A stretch of 64,000 nt of DNA from an uncultured bacterium (GCA_964570935.1 CAZMZP010000075.1:19173-83172); one strand, 5' to 3'; shown: positions 54,262 to 64,000, counted from the first letter of the stretch. The notes: a model not told the origin generated them from the sequence alone. Made by a program: numbers and translations.

Positions 54262-55725
54262 ATGAAACAGAAAAACCGAACCAGCAGCTCATTCAAGGCT
54301 CCGAAGGCGCGCGCGCCCCGTTTCACGCGGCGCGCGGTCGTCACGGCGGCGCTTTGCCTTCTGACCGTCCTCTCGTTTGCCGCTCTCACGGGGTGCTCCA
54401 GGGACCTCGGAAAGCTGCATCCGAACACTCCTCCCGAGACGGGGGTGTTCGTGCAGGGGCCCCTGGACACAGTGCGGTACGCGGTGAAGCTGTACTGGTG
54501 GGGTCAGGACGCGGACGGCGAGGTCGTCGGGTTCTACTACCAGTGGACTCTGGACGGCGCGGATCCGGTCGACACCGACTGGACTTTCACTGCGGCCAAG
54601 AACAAGGACTTCGTCCTGCCGGTTCCGAGCGGCTACGCTGTGCAGACTTTCTGGGTGAAAGCCGTGGACGACAAGAACGAAGAAGACCCGTCACCCGCGA
54701 CGCAGAATTTCCCGGTGGTCAATTCCATGCCGTCAGTGGCGTTCGAAGAGGACGCCCTTCCTGACACCACTCTGCCGGCCGTGTCGTTCTACTGGCAAGG
54801 CACCGACCCCGACGGAGATGCCACGGTGGCGTACTACGTCCTCTGGCTGGACGGCCAGGAGGACACCCCGATTATAGTCGCGGGGGAAGACACCACTATG
54901 GGTCCCGATTACATCACCTCGTACGGCGACAGGACTGTGTATCTCAGGGCGATAGACGAGGCGCAGGGCTCGAGCGAGGTGATTGCGCACGCGTGGCACG
55001 TGATCGCTCCGGTCGGAGACGTCCTGCTGGTGGACGACGTCCCGGCAAGCGTGGCCGGCGCTGCCACGACGGACGCCTTCTACCGCGCGACCCTGGATTC
55101 CCTCATTCCGACTCACGCGTACACCGTTTTCGACGTGGGAAGCCAGGGCACCTTCCGCTCGCCGCGCGAGATCAGCCTGATACTTCCGCTGTTCAAGCAG
55201 GTCGTGTGGTACGGAGACACCCGCAGCACGCCCTCCGCCGGGCTGTCGATGGGGCAGGGCGGAATCGCGGAGTTTCTGGACAACGGCGGCAGCATGTACG
55301 TCGAGGGAGTCGCCGTCCTGGGCGACAACGGTAGTTTCACGTCGGAGTTCGCCGCGCAGTACCTGGGCGTGGACAGCCTGCGGACTCAGTACATCTCTCC
55401 GACCCAGCCCAACTCAACGAATTTTGGCCTTCTCAACGGCTGGGTGCTGTATGGCAACCTGTCTCTAGGACTGGATTCTCTGAGGAGTCAGGCGATTCTC
55501 GCTGGTTGCGAAATCGCCCATCCCTCGTCGTACGCCGAAACGCTCTACTACCTTCTGCCGGGCGCCTTCTCGGGTCAGACCGAGAACTTCTACCTCGGAA
55601 CGATCGTGCGCGGCGGCACGTTCCGCACCGCGTGCGTGACCTTCCCCATCAGGAGGTGCAACGGGTACGCCACCGCCAAGCAGGAGGTCGCGAAGATCCT
55701 GACGATGCTGGGGATCGGCCAGTAG
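54262..55725 (+). CDS. Hypothetical lipoprotein with Ig-like repeats
   Basis: Lipobox LTGC; two W.G.D.DG...Y modules with VKAVD/LRAID; C-terminal VLLVDD alpha/beta domain. Confidence 0.78.
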   Translation: MKQKNRTSSSFKAPKARAPRFTRRAVVTAALCLLTVLSFAALTGCSRDLGKLHPNTPPETGVFVQGPLDTVRYAVKLYWWGQDADGEVVGFYYQWTLDGADPVDTDWTFTAAKNKDFVLPVPSGYAVQTFWVKAVDDKNEEDPSPATQNFPVVNSMPSVAFEEDALPDTTLPAVSFYWQGTDPDGDATVAYYVLWLDGQEDTPIIVAGEDTTMGPDYITSYGDRTVYLRAIDEAQGSSEVIAHAWHVIAPVGDVLLVDDVPASVAGAATTDAFYRATLDSLIPTHAYTVFDVGSQGTFRSPREISLILPLFKQVVWYGDTRSTPSAGLSMGQGGIAEFLDNGGSMYVEGVAVLGDNGSFTSEFAAQYLGVDSLRTQYISPTQPNSTNFGLLNGWVLYGNLSLGLDSLRSQAILAGCEIAHPSSYAETLYYLLPGAFSGQTENFYLGTIVRGGTFRTACVTFPIRRCNGYATAKQEVAKILTMLGIGQ

Positions 55726-55884
55726 CAAGTTCCCCGGCCGGACGGCATCTCATCCGTGGCCCGCGCGGCGCGGGCAGCCGCGCGAACCCCGGCGGCCGAG
55801 CCGGAGCCACAGCTCAAGACGCGAAAAGGGACGCTGAGCGATCAGCGTCCCTTCTTTGTCGTGCGCCATCAGCCGCGACGCAAG

Positions 55885-56301
55885 CTAGCGTCCCTTTTTC
55901 TTGCCCAGTCTCTGCTTTCTGAACCTGCCGGGAGTCACGCCCGCGTATCTCTTGAAGGCGTTGTAGAACGTGGACTGGCAGCCGAACCCGAGGTCCGGGT
56001 AGATCTGCTTCACCAAATGGGGCTTGGCCGTGAGCATCTGCTTTGCCCTTTCGACCTTCAGCCTGTTCACGAACTCCCACATCTTCTGGCCGGTCTGTTT
56101 CGAGAACGCCCTTGAAACGTGCTCTCTGCTGAGACGGAGGGCCTTGCTGATGTCGCTCGAGGAATGAATGTTGGCAAGGTTCCTGTCGATGTACTTCAGA
56201 GCGTTCACGACGGCGGGGGACAGCCGCTTGGCCGTCCTCGGGTCCGACATCAGCTTCTTGACACCGGAGCTCCCTGGTTTGAACTGCTTCTTCATCTTCA
56301 T
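55885..56301 (-). CDS. Stand-alone AraC-family HTH regulator
   Basis: GGGAGG RBS; LSREHVSRAFS, LGFGCQSTFYNAFKRYAGVTPGRFR; 138 aa with no sensor domain. Confidence 0.85.
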   Translation of the reverse strand: MKMKKQFKPGSSGVKKLMSDPRTAKRLSPAVVNALKYIDRNLANIHSSSDISKALRLSREHVSRAFSKQTGQKMWEFVNRLKVERAKQMLTAKPHLVKQIYPDLGFGCQSTFYNAFKRYAGVTPGRFRKQRLGKKKGR

Positions 56302-56874
56302 CTGACCTCCCGTCCGTAGGGTAATTGATGAAGGCGATTGACTGGTACGGTCGCTGCAGAGACGCGGTCCGGCTCGGGGACGGATCCCCTCCGGCCTCTT
56401 CTCGATTCACGGCCGCGGGCTCCATACCGCCACTCACAGAGCCCGAGTATGCCACAATCCCGGAACCCGGAAACTCTCCGGGACCCGTACGAAAGCCCAC
56501 TAGCAGGGTCGCTAGTCAATAGATAACATTTTTGTGTGGTCTAAGTCAACCGAAAGCTGGGCACCTGTCTCACGAAAAGTGATGGACTAGCTACAACAAC
56601 TACAACGCAATGCTCACATGTTGTCAATAGGCATTTTTCCGCCCCCTCCCGCCGCGCGAAGGCGGCGTACGCGCCCGTCGGGGAGGGGTGTACCGCGGCC
56701 ACGCGACCGGCGGGCCGTGCCCGGCCGTCCCAGACGCCTCTTGCCTCGGGGCGCGCGGTAGGATAGATTAAGGTCTGACCTCGCGGCGCCGCGAGCTCTG
56801 AGGCGCGGACCGGCGGCCAGGCGGCGGCAGTACGCGCCTGGCTTCGACTGATTCGACTGTCGAGGAGGGTTCTG

Positions 56875-58086
56875 ATGCCGAATGTAAGACTGCCCGACGA
56901 CGTGGTCGTTCCGGGGCAAAGCAAGATAGTGCTGCTCGTGCTGGACGGACTGGGTGGAATCCAGGACCCCCGTCACGGCAAGACGGAGCTCCAGGCGGCC
57001 CGCACGCCGAACCTCGACAAGCTGGCCGCGGAGGGCACGTGCGGAGTGCTCGACCCGATCGCGCCCGGGATCACGCCCGGCAGCGGTCCCGCGCACATGG
57101 CGCTGTTCGGATACGACCCCCTGACATGCAACATCGGAAGGGGAGTGCTGTCCGCTCTCGGCGTGGGCTTCGACCTGACACCCAGGGACCTCGCCGCCAG
57201 AGCGAACTTCGCCACCGTGGATTCCGCCGGGAACATCACGGACAGACGCGCCGGAAGAATCTCCTCGGAGGAGAACTCGAGGCTGTGCGAGAAGATCGCC
57301 GGGTCCGTGAGGCTGCCCCCGGGCGTGGAGCTCTTCATCCAGACGGAGCGGGAGCACAGGGCCGTGGTGGTGTTCAGGGGCGACGGGCTTCACGACGCAG
57401 TCTCGGACACGGACCCTCAGCGCACCGGCGTCAAGCCGCTGGACCCGGTTCCGCTCGTCCCCGAAGCCGGGAAGGCTTCCGGCATCGTGCGCTCGTTCCT
57501 GGACCAGGCGCACCGGGCGCTGGCCGACGAACGGCCGGCCAACGCCGTCCTGCTCAGGGGGTTCGCGGTTCAGAGACCGTACGCGTCCTTCGCGGAGCGC
57601 TTCAAGCTGCGGGCGGCGGCGATAGCCAAATACCCGATGTACAGGGGGCTGGCGCGGCTCATCGGCATGGAGGTCCTTCCGGCGCGCGAGGACCTGGACG
57701 CCGAGATGGAGCTCCTGCGAGATGAATTCCGGAAACACGACTTCTTCTACTTCCACGTGAAGAAGACCGACAGCAGCGGTGAAGACGGCGACTTCGCCGC
57801 GAAAGTGAAGGCGATAGAACACGTGGACTCGAGGATTCCCCACCTGATGGCGCTGTCACCCGACGTGGTCGTGGTGACGGCGGACCACTCGACGCCGTCG
57901 CTGCTCGGCGCTCACAGCTGGCACCCCGTGCCCGTGCTCCTCAGGGCGAAGAGCTGCAGGGTGGACGAAGTCGGAGCCTTCGACGAGATAAGCTGCGCGA
58001 GAGGCGGGTTCGGCAGGATGCCGATGGTCACCTTAATGAGCTTGATACTCGCCCACGCGGGACGTCTGAGCAAGTACGGCGCGTGA
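56875..58086 (+). CDS. apgM: 2,3-bisphosphoglycerate-independent phosphoglycerate mutase (ApgM type)
   Basis: LDGLGG, TPNLD, PGSGPAH, HVKKTD..GEDG, TADHSTP, HSWHPVP. Confidence 0.92.
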   Translation: MPNVRLPDDVVVPGQSKIVLLVLDGLGGIQDPRHGKTELQAARTPNLDKLAAEGTCGVLDPIAPGITPGSGPAHMALFGYDPLTCNIGRGVLSALGVGFDLTPRDLAARANFATVDSAGNITDRRAGRISSEENSRLCEKIAGSVRLPPGVELFIQTEREHRAVVVFRGDGLHDAVSDTDPQRTGVKPLDPVPLVPEAGKASGIVRSFLDQAHRALADERPANAVLLRGFAVQRPYASFAERFKLRAAAIAKYPMYRGLARLIGMEVLPAREDLDAEMELLRDEFRKHDFFYFHVKKTDSSGEDGDFAAKVKAIEHVDSRIPHLMALSPDVVVVTADHSTPSLLGAHSWHPVPVLLRAKSCRVDEVGAFDEISCARGGFGRMPMVTLMSLILAHAGRLSKYGA

Positions 58087-58161
58087 CGGTACGCCGGCGA
58101 GTGCGGGCCGGCGCCGGGAAGGCGGCTGGCCGGTCACGCACGAGGGAAAGGGAGGTTCGAA

Positions 58162-58722
58162 TTGGCCGAAGAAAACGATCACGAAGCCGCAGTCGGCAGA
58201 TGGCGCAAGGCAGTTGAAGACAACCCGTTCGACCCCGGAGCGCACTACGGCCTGGGTGTGGCCTACGGCCAGTGCCGCATGTACCTGGAGGCGATCGAAG
58301 AGCTGCGGAAGGCGGCCAAGCTCTCGCCCGACGACGCGGACATAAAGCTGGGCCTGGGCCTGATGTACAGCCAGGCCGGGTTTCCGGAAGAGGCGATCGA
58401 GCAGCTCAAGGGAGCCTCCGCCATCCTGCCGGAGGACTCGGACGTTCGTTCCAGCCTCGGCCAGGTCTACATGAAGGTTGGCCGCTTCGACGAAGCCATA
58501 GAGGAGCTGCGCAAGGCCGCGACCCTCAGGCCCAACGACAGGGAGATCTACTATCTGCTGGGGGACGCGTACTGCTACAAGGGCATGTACGACGAGGCCG
58601 CGGCGGAATACAAGAAGTCAATGAGAGAGCTGCAGCTGGAGAGCTTCAAGAGAATGCGCGGGGTCCAGCAGCAGAGCAGGGAGAAGATAAAGGCCAGGCT
58701 GTCCAAGCCCGCCAACGAATAG
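58162..58722 (+). CDS. Tetratricopeptide repeat protein
   Basis: GGAGG before TTG; about four TPR-like repeats. Confidence 0.85.
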   Translation: MAEENDHEAAVGRWRKAVEDNPFDPGAHYGLGVAYGQCRMYLEAIEELRKAAKLSPDDADIKLGLGLMYSQAGFPEEAIEQLKGASAILPEDSDVRSSLGQVYMKVGRFDEAIEELRKAATLRPNDREIYYLLGDAYCYKGMYDEAAAEYKKSMRELQLESFKRMRGVQQQSREKIKARLSKPANE

Positions 58723-58759
58723 ACTCGAAGCTGGACCACAATCGAAGGAGGATTGGGAA

Positions 58760-60514
58760 ATGTCCGCCAGACGGTCACTGATAGCGCTACTGGTTTTTTT
58801 CTGCGTGCTGATCTTCATAGCGGTGGTTTTCGTCCTGGTGTTCGTGGGAAGAGCGCCCGAAGTCAAGGAGGGAAGCTACCTGGTCCTGTCGCTCGGCGGA
58901 GACATTCCGGAGGAGTCTTCCGGCTACTTCGACATGCCGTTCCTCGAGAAAGAACAGGTCACGATGAAGACTCTGCTCGAATGCGTGGAGAAAGCGAAGG
59001 TCGACCGGCGGATAGACGGAATCGTGGTCAAGATCATGCCCTTCTCCTTCGGCTGGAGCAAGGCTCACGAAATCAGAGAGAAGCTGGCCTGGTTCAAGGC
59101 GAACTCCAAGAAGCCGGTCGTGGCCTACATGATAATGGGCGGTGACAAGGAATACGCGCTGGCGAGCGTCTGCGACAAGCTGCTGATGCCCGAGGAGGGC
59201 GAGCTGTTCCTAGACGGCCTCATGTCCGAGGTCGTGTTCCTGAGGGGCATGCTGGACAAGATGGGCGTTGTCCCCGACCTCGAACACATCGGCGCCTACA
59301 AGAGCGCCTCCGACATGCTCACGCAGCGGACGTTCACTGAGGCGCACAGAGAGGTCACCAACTCCATGCTGGACGACGGGTTTTCGAGGCTCCTCAAGGT
59401 GATCGCTGACGCGAAGGGCCTGAGCACCGCGGAAGTAAAGAAGATCGTGGACTCTGGCCCCTACACGGCTGCGGAGGCCTACAAAGCCGGTCTCGTGGAC
59501 AGCCTCTTGTACGAAGACGAGCTGCCCGGGGTGCTGGGAGTCGAGAACGAGAGTCACTTCAAGACGGTTTCGCTGGAGGACTACGCAAGGGTGAAGTCCT
59601 CCACGCTCAAGCTGGGAAGAGGGCCCAAGATAGCCCTGGTCTATGCGGTAGGCACCATCACCGAAGGGAAGAGCTCCTTCAGCCCCATGTGGGGCAGGAC
59701 CCTGGGCTCCGACACCATGGTGGAGGCGCTGAAGGAAGCCGCCAGGGACGGGGACATCAAGGCCATAGTCCTCAGAATAGACAGTCCCGGTGGTTCCGGC
59801 CTCGCGTCTGACTTCATCTGGCGGGAAGTGAACAGGGCCAAGGCCAGAAAGCCGTTCATAGCCTCCATGTCGGACGTCGCCGGGTCCGGCGGCTATTACA
59901 TCGCCATGGCGGCGGACACGATCGTGGCCGAGCCGGGCACAATCACGGGTTCGATCGGAGTTGTGAGCGGGAAGTTCGCCACAGCCGGGCTCTACTCCAA
60001 GCTGGGTGTGAATCGGGAAATCGTCACGCGCGGCGAGCGCGCCGCGATGTTCTCGGACGTCCGCGCCTTCACGCCCGCCGAACGCCGAAAGCTGCTGGAG
60101 CGATTGTGGGAGTTCTACACGAGCTTCTTGCGGAAGGTGGCCCAGGGCCGTGGCATGACGGAGGAAGAAGTCGACAAAGTCGGCCGGGGGAGAGTCTGGA
60201 CCGGGGCTCAGGCCGTCGAGATAGGCCTCGTGGACGTCCTTGGAGGGCTGGACGAGTCGGTCGAGCTGGCTAAGGCCAGAGCCGGCATCCCGAAGGAGTC
60301 GGAAGTCACCCTGGTGGTGTTTCCCAAGCGAAAGATATCCATGCTGCAGAAGATAGTGAGAGCCTTCTCCGCCGAGTCGTACGAGACGTTCGAGGCGAGC
60401 CTGGGGGTGTTTGCCCCGGGCGGGAAGGCGACCCTCGAGGCGCTTCGTGCGGGAAGCCTGTTTTATCCCGGCGAGTCCCTGTACCTGATGCCATATCGGA
60501 TCGAGACGCAGTAG
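58760..60514 (+). CDS. sppA: Signal peptide peptidase SppA (two-domain)
   Basis: N-terminal TM; GAYKSASD, LRIDSPGG, AGSGGYY, ITGSIGV, GRVWTG. Confidence 0.92.
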   Translation: MSARRSLIALLVFFCVLIFIAVVFVLVFVGRAPEVKEGSYLVLSLGGDIPEESSGYFDMPFLEKEQVTMKTLLECVEKAKVDRRIDGIVVKIMPFSFGWSKAHEIREKLAWFKANSKKPVVAYMIMGGDKEYALASVCDKLLMPEEGELFLDGLMSEVVFLRGMLDKMGVVPDLEHIGAYKSASDMLTQRTFTEAHREVTNSMLDDGFSRLLKVIADAKGLSTAEVKKIVDSGPYTAAEAYKAGLVDSLLYEDELPGVLGVENESHFKTVSLEDYARVKSSTLKLGRGPKIALVYAVGTITEGKSSFSPMWGRTLGSDTMVEALKEAARDGDIKAIVLRIDSPGGSGLASDFIWREVNRAKARKPFIASMSDVAGSGGYYIAMAADTIVAEPGTITGSIGVVSGKFATAGLYSKLGVNREIVTRGERAAMFSDVRAFTPAERRKLLERLWEFYTSFLRKVAQGRGMTEEEVDKVGRGRVWTGAQAVEIGLVDVLGGLDESVELAKARAGIPKESEVTLVVFPKRKISMLQKIVRAFSAESYETFEASLGVFAPGGKATLEALRAGSLFYPGESLYLMPYRIETQ

Positions 60515-60560
60515 ACGGCGGCGCGACCCCCGCCGCGGGCGCCGGAAGGAGGCGGTCAAC

Positions 60561-61391
60561 ATGAGCAGGAATCTGTTGTGCGCGGGCGCAATCCTGATTC
60601 TGTTGTGCGCGCCTGCCGGGCGTTCGGCCGGCACCGGCGATGTCCGTCCAAGCTCGGAGACGCCCCTCGGCTTAATGGTTCTGTCTCAGGCCACTTCGTG
60701 CGACGCCGGCGCGGCTGAGGCCTCACCGGCGAAGGTCACGCCGAAAAAGGGAGTGCAGGCCATGCTGGAAAAAATACACTGGCTGGGACACGACTGCTTC
60801 AGAGTGGACGGCGAGAAGGTGGTGTATTTCGACCCGTTCGAACTTGGCGCCGGAATGGTTCCGGCGGACGTGGTGTTGGTCTCGCACGACCACTTCGACC
60901 ATTGCTCGCCCGCGGACATAGCTGCCGTGACTAAGAAGGGCACGGTCGTGGTCACGACGGCTGCCTGCGCCAAGAAGCTGAAGGGGGAGATCAAGGTCGT
61001 CAAGCCGGGCGACAAGCTGGCGGTTCAGGGTATCAGCATAGAGGTCGTTCCGGCCTACAACGTGGACCCCGCGCGCAAGCAGTTTCACCCGCCCGGCGCC
61101 GGCGGCGCGGGTTTCATAGTCACTCTGGGGAAGAAGAGGGTGTATCACGCCGGCGACACGGACTTCATCCCGGAGATGAAGACGTTCAAAGTGGACATCG
61201 CCCTGCTGCCGGTCTCCGGCAAGTACGTCATGACCGCGGAAGACGCCGCGAAGGCGGTCCAGGCCATGAAGCCCGAGGTGACCATCCCGATGCACTACGG
61301 AGGCATCATCGGGGGCCGCAAGGACGCGGAAACGCTGAAGAAGCTGGTCGCGCCCCTGAGGGTCGAGATACTCACTTCAGAGAAGAAATAG
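60561..61391 (+). CDS. MBL-fold hydrolase with predicted signal peptide (alternative internal start at 60762)
   Basis: WLGHDCF, SHDHFDH, YHAGDTD, PMHYG. Confidence 0.85.
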   Translation: MSRNLLCAGAILILLCAPAGRSAGTGDVRPSSETPLGLMVLSQATSCDAGAAEASPAKVTPKKGVQAMLEKIHWLGHDCFRVDGEKVVYFDPFELGAGMVPADVVLVSHDHFDHCSPADIAAVTKKGTVVVTTAACAKKLKGEIKVVKPGDKLAVQGISIEVVPAYNVDPARKQFHPPGAGGAGFIVTLGKKRVYHAGDTDFIPEMKTFKVDIALLPVSGKYVMTAEDAAKAVQAMKPEVTIPMHYGGIIGGRKDAETLKKLVAPLRVEILTSEKK

Positions 61392-61495
61392 CCGGAAACC
61401 CCGGCGCGGCGTTCCCGTCGGTTCGTGCCGGGACGCGCGGAGCCGCGGCCGCCGGGTCGGCACGATGGCGTCTCCGTCCTGCTGTCCGGCCGCGC

Positions 61496-62176
61496 CTACG
61501 TAAGCTCGAAGCTCTCGCCGGGCTTCAGCACCACGCACCTGCTGCGCGTTTCGCTCTCCACCTTCTGCTTGAAGGCGAACGGGTCCTGCTTCACCAAGTC
61601 AAACGTCCCATAGTGCATGGGGATTACGACGGCAGGCCTTATCAGCTTCACCGCCTCCAGCGCGTCTTCCGGCCCCATCGTGAAGTTGTCGCCTATGGGC
61701 AGAAGCGCCGCGTCCACCCGCCTGTCCCCTATCAGCTTCATGTCGTAGAAGAGCCCGGTGTCGCCCGCGTGGTACACGTGCTTGCCTTCGATGTCCAGGA
61801 ACACTCCGGCGGGATTTCCGCCGTACGTCCCGTCGGGAAGGCACGAGCCGTGGTGGGCGATGGTCAGCTTGACAGTGCCGAAGTCGAAGCGGGCCGCGCC
61901 TCCGATGTGCAGCGGGTGAACTTTGCAGCCCAGCTTTTCTGCGTACGAGGCGATCTCAAAATTGGATATCAGCGTCGCGCCGGAGGTCTTCGCTATGGCG
62001 GGTGCGTCGCCGAAGTGGTCGCCGTGCCCGTGAGTCACGATGACGTAATCCACCTTGAGGTCTTCCTTCTTGATCGTGCACAGGGGGTTGCCCGTGATGA
62101 ACGGGTCGACGATGAGTTTCTTGCCGGCTCCCTCGATGAGGAAAGCGGAGTGGCCGTAGTAAGTGAGCTTTGTCAT
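61496..62176 (-). CDS. UPF0173-like metal-dependent hydrolase (MBL fold)
   Basis: GGAGGTG RBS; YYGHSAF, DPFITGNP, THGHGDH, YHAGDTG, PIGDNFTM. Confidence 0.9.
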   Translation of the reverse strand: MTKLTYYGHSAFLIEGAGKKLIVDPFITGNPLCTIKKEDLKVDYVIVTHGHGDHFGDAPAIAKTSGATLISNFEIASYAEKLGCKVHPLHIGGAARFDFGTVKLTIAHHGSCLPDGTYGGNPAGVFLDIEGKHVYHAGDTGLFYDMKLIGDRRVDAALLPIGDNFTMGPEDALEAVKLIRPAVVIPMHYGTFDLVKQDPFAFKQKVESETRSRCVVLKPGESFELT

Positions 62177-62394
62177 CTGGGTGTCACCTCCGGTTTGGTC
62201 TGGGACGGCCACCATACTAACACCGCGCGCCGTCCTGCTCAAGGGAGGGCCGGCGGCGGCCGTGCGGGGCGCAGTCGCGGTGCCCGCCTTCTGAACGCAC
62301 CGCCTCCCGGCCGGCCGCGCAGGGCGCCCGGCCCGTCGCGCCCGGTTCTATCGCGCCGGAGGATGTGCTATTCTGAGTGACGAGGTGACTTCTG

Positions 62395-64000
62395 TTGAGC
62401 GAAGCTCAGAACGCGAAAATAGCTCGGATGTTTGACGCCATCGCGGACGTCCTGGAGTTCAAGGGCGAAATGGTGTTCCGCGTGAACGCTTATCGCCGCG
62501 CCAGCCGCGTGCTGCAGGACCTCAGGGAAGACGTCACGGTCCTGTGGAAGGACGGGAGGCTTGAAGAAGTGCCCGGAATCGGCGAGGGCCTCGCCGAGAA
62601 GATCGCCGAGTACCTCTCGACCGGCAAGATGAAAAGGTACGAGGAAATCACAAGCGGAGTCCCCTCCAGCCTCATCGAGCTGCTGCGCATACAGGGCCTC
62701 GGGCCCAAGACCCTGGCTCTGGCCCAGAAGAAGCTCAAGGTCCGGAACCTGGAAGACTTGAAGAGAGTCATAGACGACGGCTCGCTGGAAAAGCTACCGG
62801 GCATGGGCGCCAAGAAAGTCGAGAACATCAAGAAGGGAATTCAGCTCTTCGTGGCCAGCAAGGAGAGGATGTCGATCGGCGTGGCGCTCCCGATCGCGGA
62901 ACGCATCATCGCGGAGCTTCAGGAAGCCGCCGGGGTGAAACGGATCTCGGTCGCCGGCTCCCTCAGGAGACGCAGAGAGACCATAGGCGACATAGACATA
63001 CTGTGTGACGGGAAGAACGGCGCCGAGATCATCAGCAAGTTCACGCGACTCCCCAGCGTGGCGCGCGTGCTGGCGGCCGGCGACACGAAGGGCAGCATAG
63101 TGGTACAGGGCGGGGTCCAGGTGGACTTGAGAGTGGTGGAGCCGGACTCGTACGGCGCGGCCCTGCAGTATTTCACCGGCTCAAAGGCCCACAACGTCAG
63201 GGTCAGGGAGATGGCCAAGAAGAAGGGCCTCAAGGTGAACGAGTACGGCGTGTTCAAGGGCAAGAAGAGGATTGGGGGAAGGGACGAGGAGGACATATAC
63301 GGGGCGGTCGGGATTCCGATTATGCCGCCCGAGATACGAGAGGACTGGGGCGAGATAGAGGCGGCGGAGAAGGGAGAGCTTCCGGAGCTTGTGGAGCCGG
63401 GGGACATCAAGGGGGATTTCCACGTCCACTCGAAGTACAGCGACGGCATCGCGTCCATCGCTGACATAGCGGGGAAGGCCCGTTCCATGGGCTACAAGTT
63501 CGTTGCCGTATGCGACCACTCCCGGTCGGCCAGGTACGCAGGCGGGATGGAACCCAGGGAGCTTCTGAAGCAGATAGAGGAAATTAGGAAAGTGAACGCC
63601 GGGCTTGGAGGGAAGGGCTTCAAGGTTCTGGCCGGCGTCGAGGTCGACATCAAGGCCGACGGCACTCTGGATTTTTCGGACGACCTGCTCGACAAGTTGG
63701 ACGTGGTAGTGGCGTCCATACACAGCGGCTTCAAGCAGAGGGTGACTGAGCGGATGGTGGCGGCCATGAAGAACCCCCGCGTCCACATCATCGGCCACCC
63801 GACCGGCAGACTCATCTCGCGACGCGAGGGCTACGAGGTCGACCTGGACAGGGTCATGGAGGCGGCCAGAGACACGGGCACCGCCTTGGAGATCAACGCC
63901 TACTACGACAGGATAGACCTCTCGGACCTGAACTGCCGCAAGGCCAAGGAGCTGGGTGTCACACTCTCCATCGGCACCGATTCCCACAGGCTGGAGCAGC
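62395..64000 (+). CDS. polX: DNA polymerase X / PHP 3'-5' exonuclease, runs off the window
   Basis: Not in the ORF track (no stop in window). GAGGTG then TTG 62395; AYRRA, GIGEGLA, AGSLRRRRETIGDIDIL, VDLRVV, YFTGSKAHN, HVHSKYSDG, GTDSH. Confidence 0.92.
   Translation, partial: MSEAQNAKIARMFDAIADVLEFKGEMVFRVNAYRRASRVLQDLREDVTVLWKDGRLEEVPGIGEGLAEKIAEYLSTGKMKRYEEITSGVPSSLIELLRIQGLGPKTLALAQKKLKVRNLEDLKRVIDDGSLEKLPGMGAKKVENIKKGIQLFVASKERMSIGVALPIAERIIAELQEAAGVKRISVAGSLRRRRETIGDIDILCDGKNGAEIISKFTRLPSVARVLAAGDTKGSIVVQGGVQVDLRVVEPDSYGAALQYFTGSKAHNVRVREMAKKKGLKVNEYGVFKGKKRIGGRDEEDIYGAVGIPIMPPEIREDWGEIEAAEKGELPELVEPGDIKGDFHVHSKYSDGIASIADIAGKARSMGYKFVAVCDHSRSARYAGGMEPRELLKQIEEIRKVNAGLGGKGFKVLAGVEVDIKADGTLDFSDDLLDKLDVVVASIHSGFKQRVTERMVAAMKNPRVHIIGHPTGRLISRREGYEVDLDRVMEAARDTGTALEINAYYDRIDLSDLNCRKAKELGVTLSIGTDSHRLEQ

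Noticed and set aside
52248-54470. 740-aa minus-strand ORF, and similar long antisense ORFs (10842..12374, 29772..31340, 38894..40774, 49132..51126, 56614..57843, 59210..60634)
   Set aside because: They shadow well-supported genes on the other strand, have no motifs or RBS, and are expected from high-GC codon bias
1-64000. CRISPR arrays, tRNA/rRNA/tmRNA genes, transposases, integrases, prophage or defence genes
   Set aside because: None recognised on manual reading; short RNAs could be missed without covariance-model searches
61496-64000. polX plus neighbouring MBL hydrolases as a DNA repair module
   Set aside because: The hydrolases are generic and divergently oriented, and polX looks like a standard intact PolX-PHP; no specific link is visible

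Overview
GC-rich bacterial chromosomal segment with about 55 genes. I recognised no tRNA, rRNA, CRISPR array or mobile element. FlgD/CTD-tailed secreted proteins, PorV-like barrels and a SusD-less TonB receptor suggest an FCB-superphylum organism such as Eisenbacteria, Krumholzibacteria or Latescibacteria (inference only). Left to right: ABC-2 permease (partial); polyferredoxin-type and unknown membrane proteins; GAF-PP2C phosphatase, Ser/Thr kinase and DUF1003 protein; a six-gene unit of four uncharacterised membrane proteins (DUF6754-like) plus a Tat-signal TldD and PmbA; MgtC; an IT-family antiporter; a secreted metzincin; a tetraheme cytochrome c with ResB/CcsA; a nonaheme c plus cytochrome b fusion (CbcL-like); a spermidine-synthase-like membrane protein converging on an AmmeMemoRadiSam operon whose three products all carry export signals; a ~17 kb nucleoside/DNA scavenging region (dCMP deaminase, MFS, OM barrel, OB-fold surface protein, PNP, nucleoside ABC importer, tdk, udk, EutN/CcmL vertex, dNK, hpt, deaminase, RpiB with an encapsulation-peptide-like helix); a TBDR-PorV-NHL-CTD-lipoprotein locus; a stand-alone AraC; apgM; TPR; sppA; two MBL hydrolases; polX (partial). 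Best candidates for undescribed systems: (1) the apparently exported AmmeMemoRadiSam/DUF362 system, (2) the DUF6754-like membrane module coupled to exported TldD/E, (3) nucleoside salvage wired to a microcompartment. Family names come from motif recognition, not database searches.
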